Source of the DNA: Polyangiaceae bacterium
GTDB lineage: Bacteria > Myxococcota_A > Polyangia > Polyangiales > Polyangiaceae
Assembly (NCBI GenBank): GCA_033763455.1
Contig: JANRKO010000060.1
Location: forward strand, 64,001-128,000
Direction of reading: 5' to 3'
DNA: 64,000 nt
Within the stretch, counting starts at the first letter, position 1. Every line of letters begins with the position of its first letter. The notes below the pieces were generated by a model that searched no databases, was not told where the DNA came from, and was given only the letters and a program-made list of their open reading frames with translations. The translations under genes and the position numbers were made by a program. Positions 48,220-56,888 of this stretch are shown in pieces.

Positions 48220-50418
48220 TTAGAAAAGTTCGAGCAGAGCCTGGAGCTCGGAACGGGCTATTGCAAAGGTCGCGGGCGTGCCTGAGCGTCGCAGGTAGTA
48301 GATGCTCGTGTTGCGCCAACTATCGCCCGCGCCGAACTCACACATGCGCGCCCCTTCGCGTGCGTCTTTGGGGGTGACTGCGACGCTGAGCCAAGGTTGG
48401 GTTAGCCCCTCTTCGGGCAAAGCAGCTCCCACGTGCAGGGCGGCCTCCGCGCGCAGGCTTGCCAGGGCCTCTAATGCGTCTTCAAGCCCTTGGGTGATTT
48501 CCCGTCCTTCGTTGTCTACGGCGGCCCAGCCTTCTCCTTGTGCACGCAGTGTCACCGTCTGGCGATCCTTGCGGAGTGTAATGGCCTCTGCGGTTCCTGG
48601 AGCTATCTGGCAAAGGGAGCGATCGAGCGCCCACGTGGTCAATGTATCGAACGTTGCGCTTGTTACAATGAATACCCCCGCAAGCGTATCTACAGATGCA
48701 AAGTAGCCCTGGCGAGTACGGGCGCCCAGAGTAAGAGTAATGTTTTGAGGGAGCACTGGCTCGCTGGAGGCAGCGGCGGGGGCGCTCAGATGAAGCTTCA
48801 AATGAAACGCGCGCCCATCGGAGAGCCCGTGGGACATCTGGACCTCATCGGATACCCAACGTTCAGCACGCAGCGCGGATAAGGTGCCGATGATGGAGTC
48901 GATAAGGGCGGCATCATGTGGCACTGCACGCGCCGCGGTACGGAGGGCGTAGGCACCTGGTGCCGACTGCCCAAGCGTTTGTTCGAAGTTGGGCCCGGAA
49001 ATTCGAACTTCCGAAATCCGTGAGCGGGGGATATCCAGAACGTTAAGAGGCTTCATCAGCGTGGCATCCGGGCGCAACACTTGAGCTTGTTCTGAGGAGA
49101 GGAGGAAGCGTGCTCCGTCGCTGGTGCGCTCCACAACGCACTTGCCTTGAGCATTGGGTGCCCCGACCCGCACAGACTCCGTAAAGCTGGCAGGATCGGA
49201 GAGAGCTTGGGATTCAAGCTCAATCAATGTGAACGGAGGCGTGAGCTCTTCTTCTACCGGTTGGCCACTGAGGCTAGTGAGAGCTTCCAGGCGCGTGTTT
49301 CCTGGCTCAAGAGGCACTTCAATACGTTGCGGTTCCTTGAGCAGAAAGGCCGAGTTGGAGCGCTCAAGTACAAGCCTTCGAGCGTCAGAAACGATCCGAA
49401 GCTTTTCCACTTCATCGGAGCGCAACCAGAAAAGGCGCCTGGAGGTGAGGTCTTTATCCGCGAGTTGCAAACGTGTAACGAAGCTCGGTTGAACGCAGAG
49501 TGCCACGGGATGTGGTTCGATCCGGAGAGCTAGCACAAGGTTAGGATCGGAGGGGCAGGGGGTGCCGAAACGGAGCGTTGCTCTTGGGTTCTTGGTATCC
49601 AGCGGGAAGAGCGTAAGGCTTAAGGTGTTAGGATCTTTGGCTTGCTCAAGGCTCGCTTTGTTCCAATCTGTGGGTAAAGCGCCGTCCATATCCGCGAGGG
49701 TTTCGAAGAGTCGATCCACAGCTTGTCGCTCAACAAGGTGACGTTTCTCTGTACGCACATACCACAGGCCGCGTTCGTCACGCTCCAGCCTCTTAGTGAC
49801 CCCACGCACATGCTGTTCTACGGCACTCACCTCCACGGAGCCGTAGGGCAAGAATTGCACGCGCCTGAGCGCATTCAGATCAAACTTCCAGTCGTCGGTA
49901 ACCTTGCTTTCGACAACGTAAACATTAGCCATCCGGTCACCCGCACAGGAAATCTCCACGTAAGATTGGCTGTTCTGACCAGGAACAGGGTTTCCCTGGG
50001 TGAGGGTGCAGGATTGCTGTCGGGTACTGAATGTTAGGGAAAATCGGGGTGGTTTCAGCCCAAGAGCAGGTTGGTTGAGCGAATCAGTGGACAACCTGCG
50101 AACAAAATTGGCTGACTCCAGGCCCCTCAAGATCTTATCCAAAAGCGCGACGTCTGCTTCGCCTTTTTCTGGGGATAGGAGCTCCCACTCGGCCGGTTCT
50201 TTGGAAAGCTGGCGCTCCAGGCGAAAAGTCACGCCATCGCGGGTGAACGCTAACGCATAAACCTCCGATGGAACGAACGTGGGCAAAAGGTGCTGTGAGC
50301 GCAGGGCCACTTCGTCCGTTGTTGGCAGCATGAAAGTGGTGAGCGCAATCCCGAGTGATGCAACGGCCAGGGCGATGGATCCAAGCGTAAGCCATTGGCG
50401 ACGGCGAAGCTCTTTCAC
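48220..50418 (-). CDS. DUF4340-like repeat protein associated with a Gld-type ABC system
   Basis: N-terminal TM; repeated modules (W...AD...L..L.A.R...GL..P); last gene of the GldAFG-like operon. Confidence 0.75.
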   Translation of the reverse strand: MKELRRRQWLTLGSIALAVASLGIALTTFMLPTTDEVALRSQHLLPTFVPSEVYALAFTRDGVTFRLERQLSKEPAEWELLSPEKGEADVALLDKILRGLESANFVRRLSTDSLNQPALGLKPPRFSLTFSTRQQSCTLTQGNPVPGQNSQSYVEISCAGDRMANVYVVESKVTDDWKFDLNALRRVQFLPYGSVEVSAVEQHVRGVTKRLERDERGLWYVRTEKRHLVERQAVDRLFETLADMDGALPTDWNKASLEQAKDPNTLSLTLFPLDTKNPRATLRFGTPCPSDPNLVLALRIEPHPVALCVQPSFVTRLQLADKDLTSRRLFWLRSDEVEKLRIVSDARRLVLERSNSAFLLKEPQRIEVPLEPGNTRLEALTSLSGQPVEEELTPPFTLIELESQALSDPASFTESVRVGAPNAQGKCVVERTSDGARFLLSSEQAQVLRPDATLMKPLNVLDIPRSRISEVRISGPNFEQTLGQSAPGAYALRTAARAVPHDAALIDSIIGTLSALRAERWVSDEVQMSHGLSDGRAFHLKLHLSAPAAASSEPVLPQNITLTLGARTRQGYFASVDTLAGVFIVTSATFDTLTTWALDRSLCQIAPGTAEAITLRKDRQTVTLRAQGEGWAAVDNEGREITQGLEDALEALASLRAEAALHVGAALPEEGLTQPWLSVAVTPKDAREGARMCEFGAGDSWRNTSIYYLRRSGTPATFAIARSELQALLELF

Positions 50419-51983
50419 GACGCCTCCTTGCTTTGGCGCGAGCGGTCTTCAATTTGCTTCCGCCGGAACAACACGGCAAGGCCCAAGAGCAGCGCCGAGA
50501 TGGGCAGGGAAAGAACTACGTAGCGGAACAGCGAGCTGAGCGCGGCCTCCGATAATGCCAGCCCTGAAGGATGAGCAGCCTTCTCGGGCACGCTCACCAA
50601 GTGTGGGCGTGCGACAAGCCAGGAGATGGCACTCTCCACTAAGAGCTTGTTGCCGGCCCACGCTGGATCCGAAAATGCCCGAGACCACACCAGATTACCG
50701 GCGCCGATCACTACTGTGCGACTTGTACCGGATTGCTTTGAGCTCTTTACGGCCTGTTCGACGGCAAAACCGAGGGTGAGTGGGCCGCGATGAGAGCTCT
50801 CGTTCGCTGTGGGAAGGCGCGCGGAATCTGTGAAGTTAGCTGGATTTTCAATGCTGAAGCCGGCCGGGGATGTCACCAACAGGGGCGTCAGCGTGCCGGG
50901 TGTGACGCCTGGCAGGGAGGCTAGCGACTGAGCTGCACTTACGAGTAAACGATACTGCACCTTGCTGCCCGGGCGCGCCAACGCTTCGGTGACAGCGTGT
51001 GGCCTAGTATCCGCAAAGAATGTCTCCCCTATTCCGGACGGCAAGCGGAGCTCTGGATCACCCTCCAGCACCACATCTTGCCCGAGCTTCAGCCCTAGAA
51101 CGGTAAGCCATGGCTCAAGCCCACTCTTCTGCACTCGCTCTTCTTCGAGTGCCGGTGGCAAGAATGCCAATACTCTGCCTCCGCTTGCTGTGTAGGCAAC
51201 CAGGCTTTGGGCCGCAGCTTCGGTGAAGGTACGCTCGGGTGCAGCCACGATCACCGCGTTGCAATCAAGGAGCGGGTTTTTGCGAAGTGGCGGGCTCAGA
51301 TCGATCGCGCGAACGTCGTAGTTGTTCTTCTTGAGTTCATTGGCAAATGCACCCAGGCCCTCCGGCCCCAGGTTATCGGGGGAGAGTTCTTCGTGCCCGC
51401 TCGTGAGGCACACGTGCGGCGCCTCGGAGGATTCGAGGCTGCGGAGGCCTAACGTGAGAGCCTGCTCTAGCCTGGGCTGGCTCGCGCCCGTTTCCTGGTT
51501 GTACGCGACGATGTTCTCCGGTGTAATGAACCACTTCCGCTTGCCTTGCGCTAGCACGATGACCGCATCCGTGGTGACTTTACCGTCGTCCGTTTTGCCC
51601 GCAACCATGCCGTATTCAGCGTGAAGCGCCGCGAATGTTGCTGGGTCACGGTCAGGGTCGATGAAGCGCGGCCGGAGCAGGTGCGTCTGGCCACCATACG
51701 CGGCCAAGAGCTGGCGCACATTGGCGCTTAGTGGATCGCCGTGGCTCAGGAACACCGTTACATCTACAGGTTCTCGCAAGGAGGCGAGGGTAGCGAGTGT
51801 GGCAGGGGAAAGCGTGTAGAGCCCAGTGCTCGTGAGATCCCAACGGGTGTAGAAGCGATGCACTATAACGTTGGAGCACACCGATGCGACTCCGATTGCT
51901 AATACAGCCGCAGCTGAGAGCAGACGAAAAGCCTGGCTACCCTGTTGGCGGAGGCGAAAGAAGCGCTTCAGCTCCAGCGCCAT
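50415..51983 (-). CDS. GldG-family ABC transporter auxiliary protein
   Basis: RWDLTSTGLYTLSPAT, FIDPD, TSGHEE, IVAAPE, C-terminal TM. Confidence 0.88.
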   Translation of the reverse strand: MALELKRFFRLRQQGSQAFRLLSAAAVLAIGVASVCSNVIVHRFYTRWDLTSTGLYTLSPATLATLASLREPVDVTVFLSHGDPLSANVRQLLAAYGGQTHLLRPRFIDPDRDPATFAALHAEYGMVAGKTDDGKVTTDAVIVLAQGKRKWFITPENIVAYNQETGASQPRLEQALTLGLRSLESSEAPHVCLTSGHEELSPDNLGPEGLGAFANELKKNNYDVRAIDLSPPLRKNPLLDCNAVIVAAPERTFTEAAAQSLVAYTASGGRVLAFLPPALEEERVQKSGLEPWLTVLGLKLGQDVVLEGDPELRLPSGIGETFFADTRPHAVTEALARPGSKVQYRLLVSAAQSLASLPGVTPGTLTPLLVTSPAGFSIENPANFTDSARLPTANESSHRGPLTLGFAVEQAVKSSKQSGTSRTVVIGAGNLVWSRAFSDPAWAGNKLLVESAISWLVARPHLVSVPEKAAHPSGLALSEAALSSLFRYVVLSLPISALLLGLAVLFRRKQIEDRSRQSKEAS

Positions 51984-52717
51984 GAATCCACGACCTCCGT
52001 TGTTGTAAAGAGAGCAAGCACTACCACGCTCAGATCAAACACCACGCGGCGAAGGTCAATGATGCCTTTGGAGAATTCCTCCATGTGGCTCATCATCGAT
52101 ACATGACTACAAATGGAATGAAGGAGGCCAGGGTCGAAGATATATTCACCCACCCCCAAAACAAACATCCCAAACTGTAGAAGTACCGTGAGCATCAGCG
52201 CAGACAGCTGGCTTTGCGTAAGCGCGCTCATCAACGTTCCCACAGCCAAATAGGCCGCTCCGAGCAGCAAAAGGCCCAAGTAGCTTGTGAATACGACCCC
52301 GCCATCCACAACGCCTGTATCGCGCAACAGAAATGGGTAAAGGAGCGTGGGGCTCCACATGAGAATGTAAGTGCTCAGTGTGGCTAGGTATTTCCCGAGC
52401 ACGATCGAGAGCGCGCGAACCGGTGCTGTTAATAGCGATTCAATGGTGCCGCTTCTTCGTTCTTCGGAGAATAACCGCATGCTGAGCGCCGGGCAGAGCA
52501 AGAGCAAAGTTACCAAAAGAAAGATGGACCCTTGGCCAAAGTAGGCCTCGATGGGGCCATTGTCGAAGCTGAGCTCGGCCGCTCCCGAATAGTGAGAGAC
52601 AATGGAGTAAAATACACCACCCTGCAGCAGCAAGAACGTTACCAACAAGATCCAAGCCACGGGTGTGACCCACAAGGACAACATCTCCCGTTTGTAGATT
52701 GCCCAAAACCCAGTCAT
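51968..52717 (-). CDS. GldF-like ABC transporter permease
   Basis: AIYKRE...TPVAW, SMRLFSEERRSGTIESLLTAP, GKYLA, KGIIDLR. Confidence 0.9.
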   Translation of the reverse strand: MTGFWAIYKREMLSLWVTPVAWILLVTFLLLQGGVFYSIVSHYSGAAELSFDNGPIEAYFGQGSIFLLVTLLLLCPALSMRLFSEERRSGTIESLLTAPVRALSIVLGKYLATLSTYILMWSPTLLYPFLLRDTGVVDGGVVFTSYLGLLLLGAAYLAVGTLMSALTQSQLSALMLTVLLQFGMFVLGVGEYIFDPGLLHSICSHVSMMSHMEEFSKGIIDLRRVVFDLSVVVLALFTTTEVVDSWRWS

Positions 52718-53724
52718 GGGGCGGAGCCTTCTATTTGAATATTCCCGGGCACCATTTTCGATGGCTCGGCAGCTTCAGTGAGTGCTGAAAATACCTCTTC
52801 TAGCTTGGCGCGTTCGCTGTAAACGCGGCGCACTCCAACGCCCTTTTGAACGAGCAAAGCGATAGCTTGCTCAACCGCGGCTTCTGGATCTGGCAACTCT
52901 TTGCCCCATTCCGTTTGAAGCTGCACGCAGCCGCCCGGTGGAGATGTTGCGCTGTTTTTGAGCCTAGCACCGACACCTTCCAGCACGTTCAGGATGGTGC
53001 TTTCGGGGCCTCGGAGCTCCCAGTGCAAGGAGCGCGTGTTCTGTTCTCGCAATAGAGCATTCATCGGGCCATCTGCCACGAGCTGCCCTTTTTGCATCAC
53101 CAACGCGCGCGCGCACATGGCTTCCACTTCTTGCAAGATATGAGTGGAGAGCAGGATGGTGTGCTCCCGGCCAAGCTCGGCGATAAGTTCGCGCACCTCG
53201 CGGATCTGGTTTGGATCAAGGCCTGCTGTTGGCTCGTCGAGAATAAGGAGCGGCGGGTTCGCCACCAAGGCATCCGCGAGACCGACACGCTGCCGGTAAC
53301 CTTTTGACAGGTGGCCTATGAGCGTGTCTTTGGCGTCCGCAATGCGCGCCTGCTCCATGCAGCGGCTGACCGCGGCTTTTCGCTGATTCCGAGGAACTAG
53401 CTTGAGCTCCGCACGAAACGAGAGGTATTCGCCTACGCGCATTTCTGGATAGAGTGGCGCGGCCTCCGGCATGTAACCAACGGATTGGCGTGCGAGCATG
53501 GGCTCTTGGGTTACATCGTGTCCAAGGATGCGTACGTTGCCGCTGGTGGGCCCCAAAAAGCCCGCCAACATGCGCAACGTCGTGGTCTTGCCTGCCCCAT
53601 TTGGACCCAGGAACCCCACCACTTGCCCCTGCGCGACAGAGAACGACAAATCGCGTACGGCAGTGAAGCTTCCGTACTGTTTGCTGAGTTGATTCGCCTC
53701 GATCATGGGACCTTTGGCCGGCAT
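52714..53724 (-). CDS. GldA-like ABC transporter ATP-binding protein
   Basis: GPNGAGKTT, LSKGYRQRVGLA, LDEPTAGLDPNQI, STHILQEV. Confidence 0.92.
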   Translation of the reverse strand: MPAKGPMIEANQLSKQYGSFTAVRDLSFSVAQGQVVGFLGPNGAGKTTTLRMLAGFLGPTSGNVRILGHDVTQEPMLARQSVGYMPEAAPLYPEMRVGEYLSFRAELKLVPRNQRKAAVSRCMEQARIADAKDTLIGHLSKGYRQRVGLADALVANPPLLILDEPTAGLDPNQIREVRELIAELGREHTILLSTHILQEVEAMCARALVMQKGQLVADGPMNALLREQNTRSLHWELRGPESTILNVLEGVGARLKNSATSPPGGCVQLQTEWGKELPDPEAAVEQAIALLVQKGVGVRRVYSERAKLEEVFSALTEAAEPSKMVPGNIQIEGSAP

Positions 53725-53748
53725 AGCACGCTAGGCGAGGCGTCCCAA

Positions 53749-54207
53749 TCAACCGGCGCGCTGAGCCACGCCTTTCAATACATATCGTAGGAACTGATCC
53801 CCGCATTCACGGTAATTTCGGTGGCTGCTCAGGCGAAAGAAGGCCCCCAGCTCAGCCTTGGTAACGGTTAGACCGGCGGCTTCGATGAGTGCGATAATGT
53901 CCGTATCTTTGAGTGAGAATGCGACGCGGATCTTCTTAAGCACCGCGTTGTTGGTCACGGGCACTTCCAACGGTTGCGGCGGCCTAGCAGGATCCTTACC
54001 GCGCTTGAAGATGACAAGCCCGTTGAGAAAATGCGCCATCACTTCGTGGGGGCATGGCGCGTAGCCTTCTTCTTCCTCTCTCTTCAAAAAAGCTGCCACA
54101 TCTTCTGGGCTCACCTCCAATCCAGCGAGCCGAAAGATTTCGATCAGGCGAGCTTCGCCGACGTTGAGTGCGTACCTGAGCGATCGAAGGACGTCGTTGT
54201 TGGTCAT
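53749..54207 (-). CDS. yehS: DUF1456 family protein YehS
   Basis: MTNNDVLRSLRYAL...FLNGLV...NNAVLKKIRVAFSLK...ELGAFFR...HRNYRECGDQFLR. Confidence 0.92.
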   Translation of the reverse strand: MTNNDVLRSLRYALNVGEARLIEIFRLAGLEVSPEDVAAFLKREEEEGYAPCPHEVMAHFLNGLVIFKRGKDPARPPQPLEVPVTNNAVLKKIRVAFSLKDTDIIALIEAAGLTVTKAELGAFFRLSSHRNYRECGDQFLRYVLKGVAQRAG

Positions 54208-54245
54208 GCGCGGTAGTCCTATCAGGTGTTTTCTCGGCGGCCCAT

Positions 54246-55373
54246 CTACACCAGAGTGCCCAGAAATTTCAGCGCTGGGGTGAACCGGATGCCTTCGGCG
54301 GTCATGGAATCACGTGTGCCAGAGGCGGCAACTTGGATGCACTCGCAGGCGGGAAACTTGTGTTTGAAGTAACTTAGCCCTTTGTTCGCGGGTTCGTCAG
54401 CAAGCTTGCATTCCACAGCCAGGAGGGGTTTTCGATTTTCGGTTACGACAAAGTCGACCTCGCGCCCGTCAACGTCGCGGAAGTATCGGAGCTCAAGTTC
54501 GCGGCCCTCAGAATCCTGTTGAAAGCTCACCCATTTTAGCAAGTGAACCCCTACCAAGTTTTCGAAACGTGCGCCGGGTGAAGCTACCAGCGTCCAATCG
54601 AGGTGGTAGTGCTTGCGCTCCTTTTTTACGGCTCGGATCTTGGGAGTCCCGAAGGGTTGTACCCGGAAGATGCCATACAAGCGTTCAAAGATATCGAGCC
54701 AATTGGCTACGGTCTTGTGTGCCAGCTGGAGATCTTCCCGGAGGGCGTTGATCGAGAGTGGAGAACCTACCAATTCAGGCAGGCGCATCGCCAAAAGCTC
54801 CATGTTGCCGAGATCGGAAATGCGCTCCACCCCGGCCACTTCTTCTCGCACTAAGCGAGTGCGATACTCGCGCGACCAACGCCGTGCTACGCGTTCAGAG
54901 CCTGAGAAAAAGGGTTCAGGAAAGCCACCCAGCGCTAGCAACGAGTCCAGATCTTTGGGATGTGTCATGCCAAGTTCTGCGACGCTCAGCGGATGCATTC
55001 GCCAAAGGTGGTAGCGGCCTTGCAGCGAATCACCTCCGTAGCGATAGAAATCGAGCTTCGCACTGCCGGTGACCAGAATTTTCTGATCTCGACCTTGGGC
55101 GTCGAAAAGACCTTTGAGGTATCCGCGCCAGCTTTTGTATTTGTGGATCTCGTCGAAAACCCAGAGCGGACTTACTGGCAAATCCTGCGCTAGGATCCGC
55201 GTCCGATGAGCGGCAACATCCCAATTGAGATAGGCGTTCTCGCGTTTTCCAAGAAGGCGTCGCGCGAGCGTTGTCTTGCCAACTTGGCGCGGGCCTGCCA
55301 AAAATACCATCTTGCGCGCTAGGTCTTGCGCAATGAAAGGCTCCAAATGGCGCGGCTTTGACCTTTCGAGCAT
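54246..55373 (-). CDS. AAA+ ATPase with DUF4143 (HTH plus PD-(D/E)xK-like C-terminus)
   Basis: GPRQVGKTT, FDEIHK, VTGSA, SLQGR, GGFPE, FENLV, YFRDVDGREVDFVV...VECK. Start placed at the ATG at 55373. Confidence 0.9.
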   Translation of the reverse strand: MLERSKPRHLEPFIAQDLARKMVFLAGPRQVGKTTLARRLLGKRENAYLNWDVAAHRTRILAQDLPVSPLWVFDEIHKYKSWRGYLKGLFDAQGRDQKILVTGSAKLDFYRYGGDSLQGRYHLWRMHPLSVAELGMTHPKDLDSLLALGGFPEPFFSGSERVARRWSREYRTRLVREEVAGVERISDLGNMELLAMRLPELVGSPLSINALREDLQLAHKTVANWLDIFERLYGIFRVQPFGTPKIRAVKKERKHYHLDWTLVASPGARFENLVGVHLLKWVSFQQDSEGRELELRYFRDVDGREVDFVVTENRKPLLAVECKLADEPANKGLSYFKHKFPACECIQVAASGTRDSMTAEGIRFTPALKFLGTLV

Positions 55374-55384
55374 AGAGCACGGTA

Positions 55385-55431
55385 CGAGTAAATTGGACAC
55401 CAGTCAAAAATACTCGCGAGTAAATTGGACA
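55385..55431. repeat. Perfect 15-bp direct repeat CGAGTAAATTGGACA (55385-55399, 55417-55431), putative operator
   Basis: Read directly from the sequence, with a 32-nt period. The palindrome TACTCGCGAGTA (55411-55422) overlaps the second copy. Confidence 0.85.
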
Positions 55432-55543
55432 GGTAGCTAAAATATCAGGGCCGAGAGTGGCCAAATAGAGCCGTTTGGCTCAGTGGCCCGTTCAGCCGTT
55501 TCGATCCCTCGCTCCACCCTGGCCACGCACTTGGTGCTTGCGC

Positions 55544-55559
55544 TTAACCTCTGGGTTAA
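55544..55559. promoter_or_regulatory. Inverted repeat TTAACC-N4-GGTTAA, probable ArsR-family operator
   Basis: Perfect 6-bp arms, 16 nt upstream of the ArsR start. Confidence 0.7.
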
Positions 55560-55575
55560 TTAACTAGAAGGTGTA

Positions 55576-55944
55576 ATGCAGGATGCGCTCACACAAAAGT
55601 TCTCCGCCCTCGCCGATCCCACACGGCGGGCGATGCTGGAGCAGCTCTCGCGAGGCACGGCGAGTGTTTCGGATCTTGCCAAGCCTTTTCTGAAGGAGAT
55701 GAGCCTGCCCGCAGTGACCAAGCACCTCAAGGTGTTGGAGGCAGCTGGCCTCATTACCAAATCACGGGATGCGCAGTGGCGCCCTTGTACGCTGAACGCC
55801 GAGGCCTTGAAGCATGTCTCGGACTGGATGGAGCAGTACCGAATCTTCTGGGAGGAGAGCTTGGACAGGCTCGATGCCTATCTGAAAACCGTCACACAAA
55901 AGAAAGCCACGAAGGGTAAGAAAAATGGCCGCAAGCAAGTCTAA
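55576..55944 (+). CDS. ArsR/SmtB-family transcriptional regulator
   Basis: FSALADPTRRAML, SLPAVTKHLKVLEAAGLI, RDAQWRPC, WEESLDRLDAYL. Confidence 0.93.
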   Translation: MQDALTQKFSALADPTRRAMLEQLSRGTASVSDLAKPFLKEMSLPAVTKHLKVLEAAGLITKSRDAQWRPCTLNAEALKHVSDWMEQYRIFWEESLDRLDAYLKTVTQKKATKGKKNGRKQV

Positions 55945-56869
55945 CGAGTTGAAAATAGTTCGGCTCTATGAAGCGCCTATTCAGGCGGTGTGGGATGCGT
56001 GGGCAGATCCGGCGCAGGTAGCAAAGTGGTGGGGGCCTCGCGGCTTCACGATTACCACGCACAGCAAAGATCTGAAGCCCGGTGGCCACTGGCGCTACAC
56101 GATGCATGGCCCCGATGGTATGGATTACCCGAACGTTACACATTACTTCGAGGTCGAGAAGTACTCGAAGCTCGTTTACGATCACGGTGCCACCGATGAT
56201 CGCCCGGCTCTCTTCCGCGTGACGGTGCTTTTTAGCGAAAGTGAAGGGAAAACGCGGCTTGAAATGACTATGGCATTCGTCTCCGCGGAGGCCTCGGAGG
56301 AGGCGAGCAAGTTCATCAAACGAGCTAGTGGTGAATCAACCTGGGATAGGCTCGCTGAGTATCTGGAGCAGAAGGCCACCGGGCGAGAGACCTTCGTTAT
56401 CAATCGAAGCTTCGCTGTGCCAATTTCCACCATGTTCGAGATGTGGACCAACCCAAAGCACTTTTCTCAATGGATGGGACCCAAGGGCTCCACGATGGAG
56501 TTCATTCGGAGTGATATCCGCCCGGGTGGCAGCACTTTCTATGTCATGACCAGCGAAGGCGGCCCCAAGCTCTATGGGCGCGCTCAATACCTGAAGGTCG
56601 AAACCCCAACCAGCCTCGTTTATACGCAAGAGTTCGTGGACGAACACGAGAATATCTCCCGGCATCCTTTTGCGCCGACGTGGCCCGAAGCGATGCTCAC
56701 GAGCGTAACGTTGAGCGAAGAGGGCCCGAATCAAACGCGGGTTACGGTCTGCTGGGCACCCCATGGAGCGACAACGGCTGAAGAGCTCACGACCTTCATT
56801 CAAGGGCGAGGCGGGATGACGCAGGGGTGGACTGGATCATTCGATAAATTGGAGGCTTACCTCAACTAA
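55925..56869 (+). CDS. Tandem SRPBCC (AHSA1-like) domain protein
   Basis: Two repeats of R.F/Y.AP...W.DP...W.GP.G...D.RPGG; ends GWTGSFDKL; coupled to the ArsR gene. Confidence 0.9.
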   Translation: MAASKSNELKIVRLYEAPIQAVWDAWADPAQVAKWWGPRGFTITTHSKDLKPGGHWRYTMHGPDGMDYPNVTHYFEVEKYSKLVYDHGATDDRPALFRVTVLFSESEGKTRLEMTMAFVSAEASEEASKFIKRASGESTWDRLAEYLEQKATGRETFVINRSFAVPISTMFEMWTNPKHFSQWMGPKGSTMEFIRSDIRPGGSTFYVMTSEGGPKLYGRAQYLKVETPTSLVYTQEFVDEHENISRHPFAPTWPEAMLTSVTLSEEGPNQTRVTVCWAPHGATTAEELTTFIQGRGGMTQGWTGSFDKLEAYLN

Positions 56870-56888
56870 AGGCGGGCCTCACGAACGT

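Noticed and set aside
48220..53724. Assigning the GldAFG-like cluster to gliding motility
   Set aside because: The family is widespread in non-Bacteroidota with unrelated or unknown roles, so sequence alone does not support a motility function.
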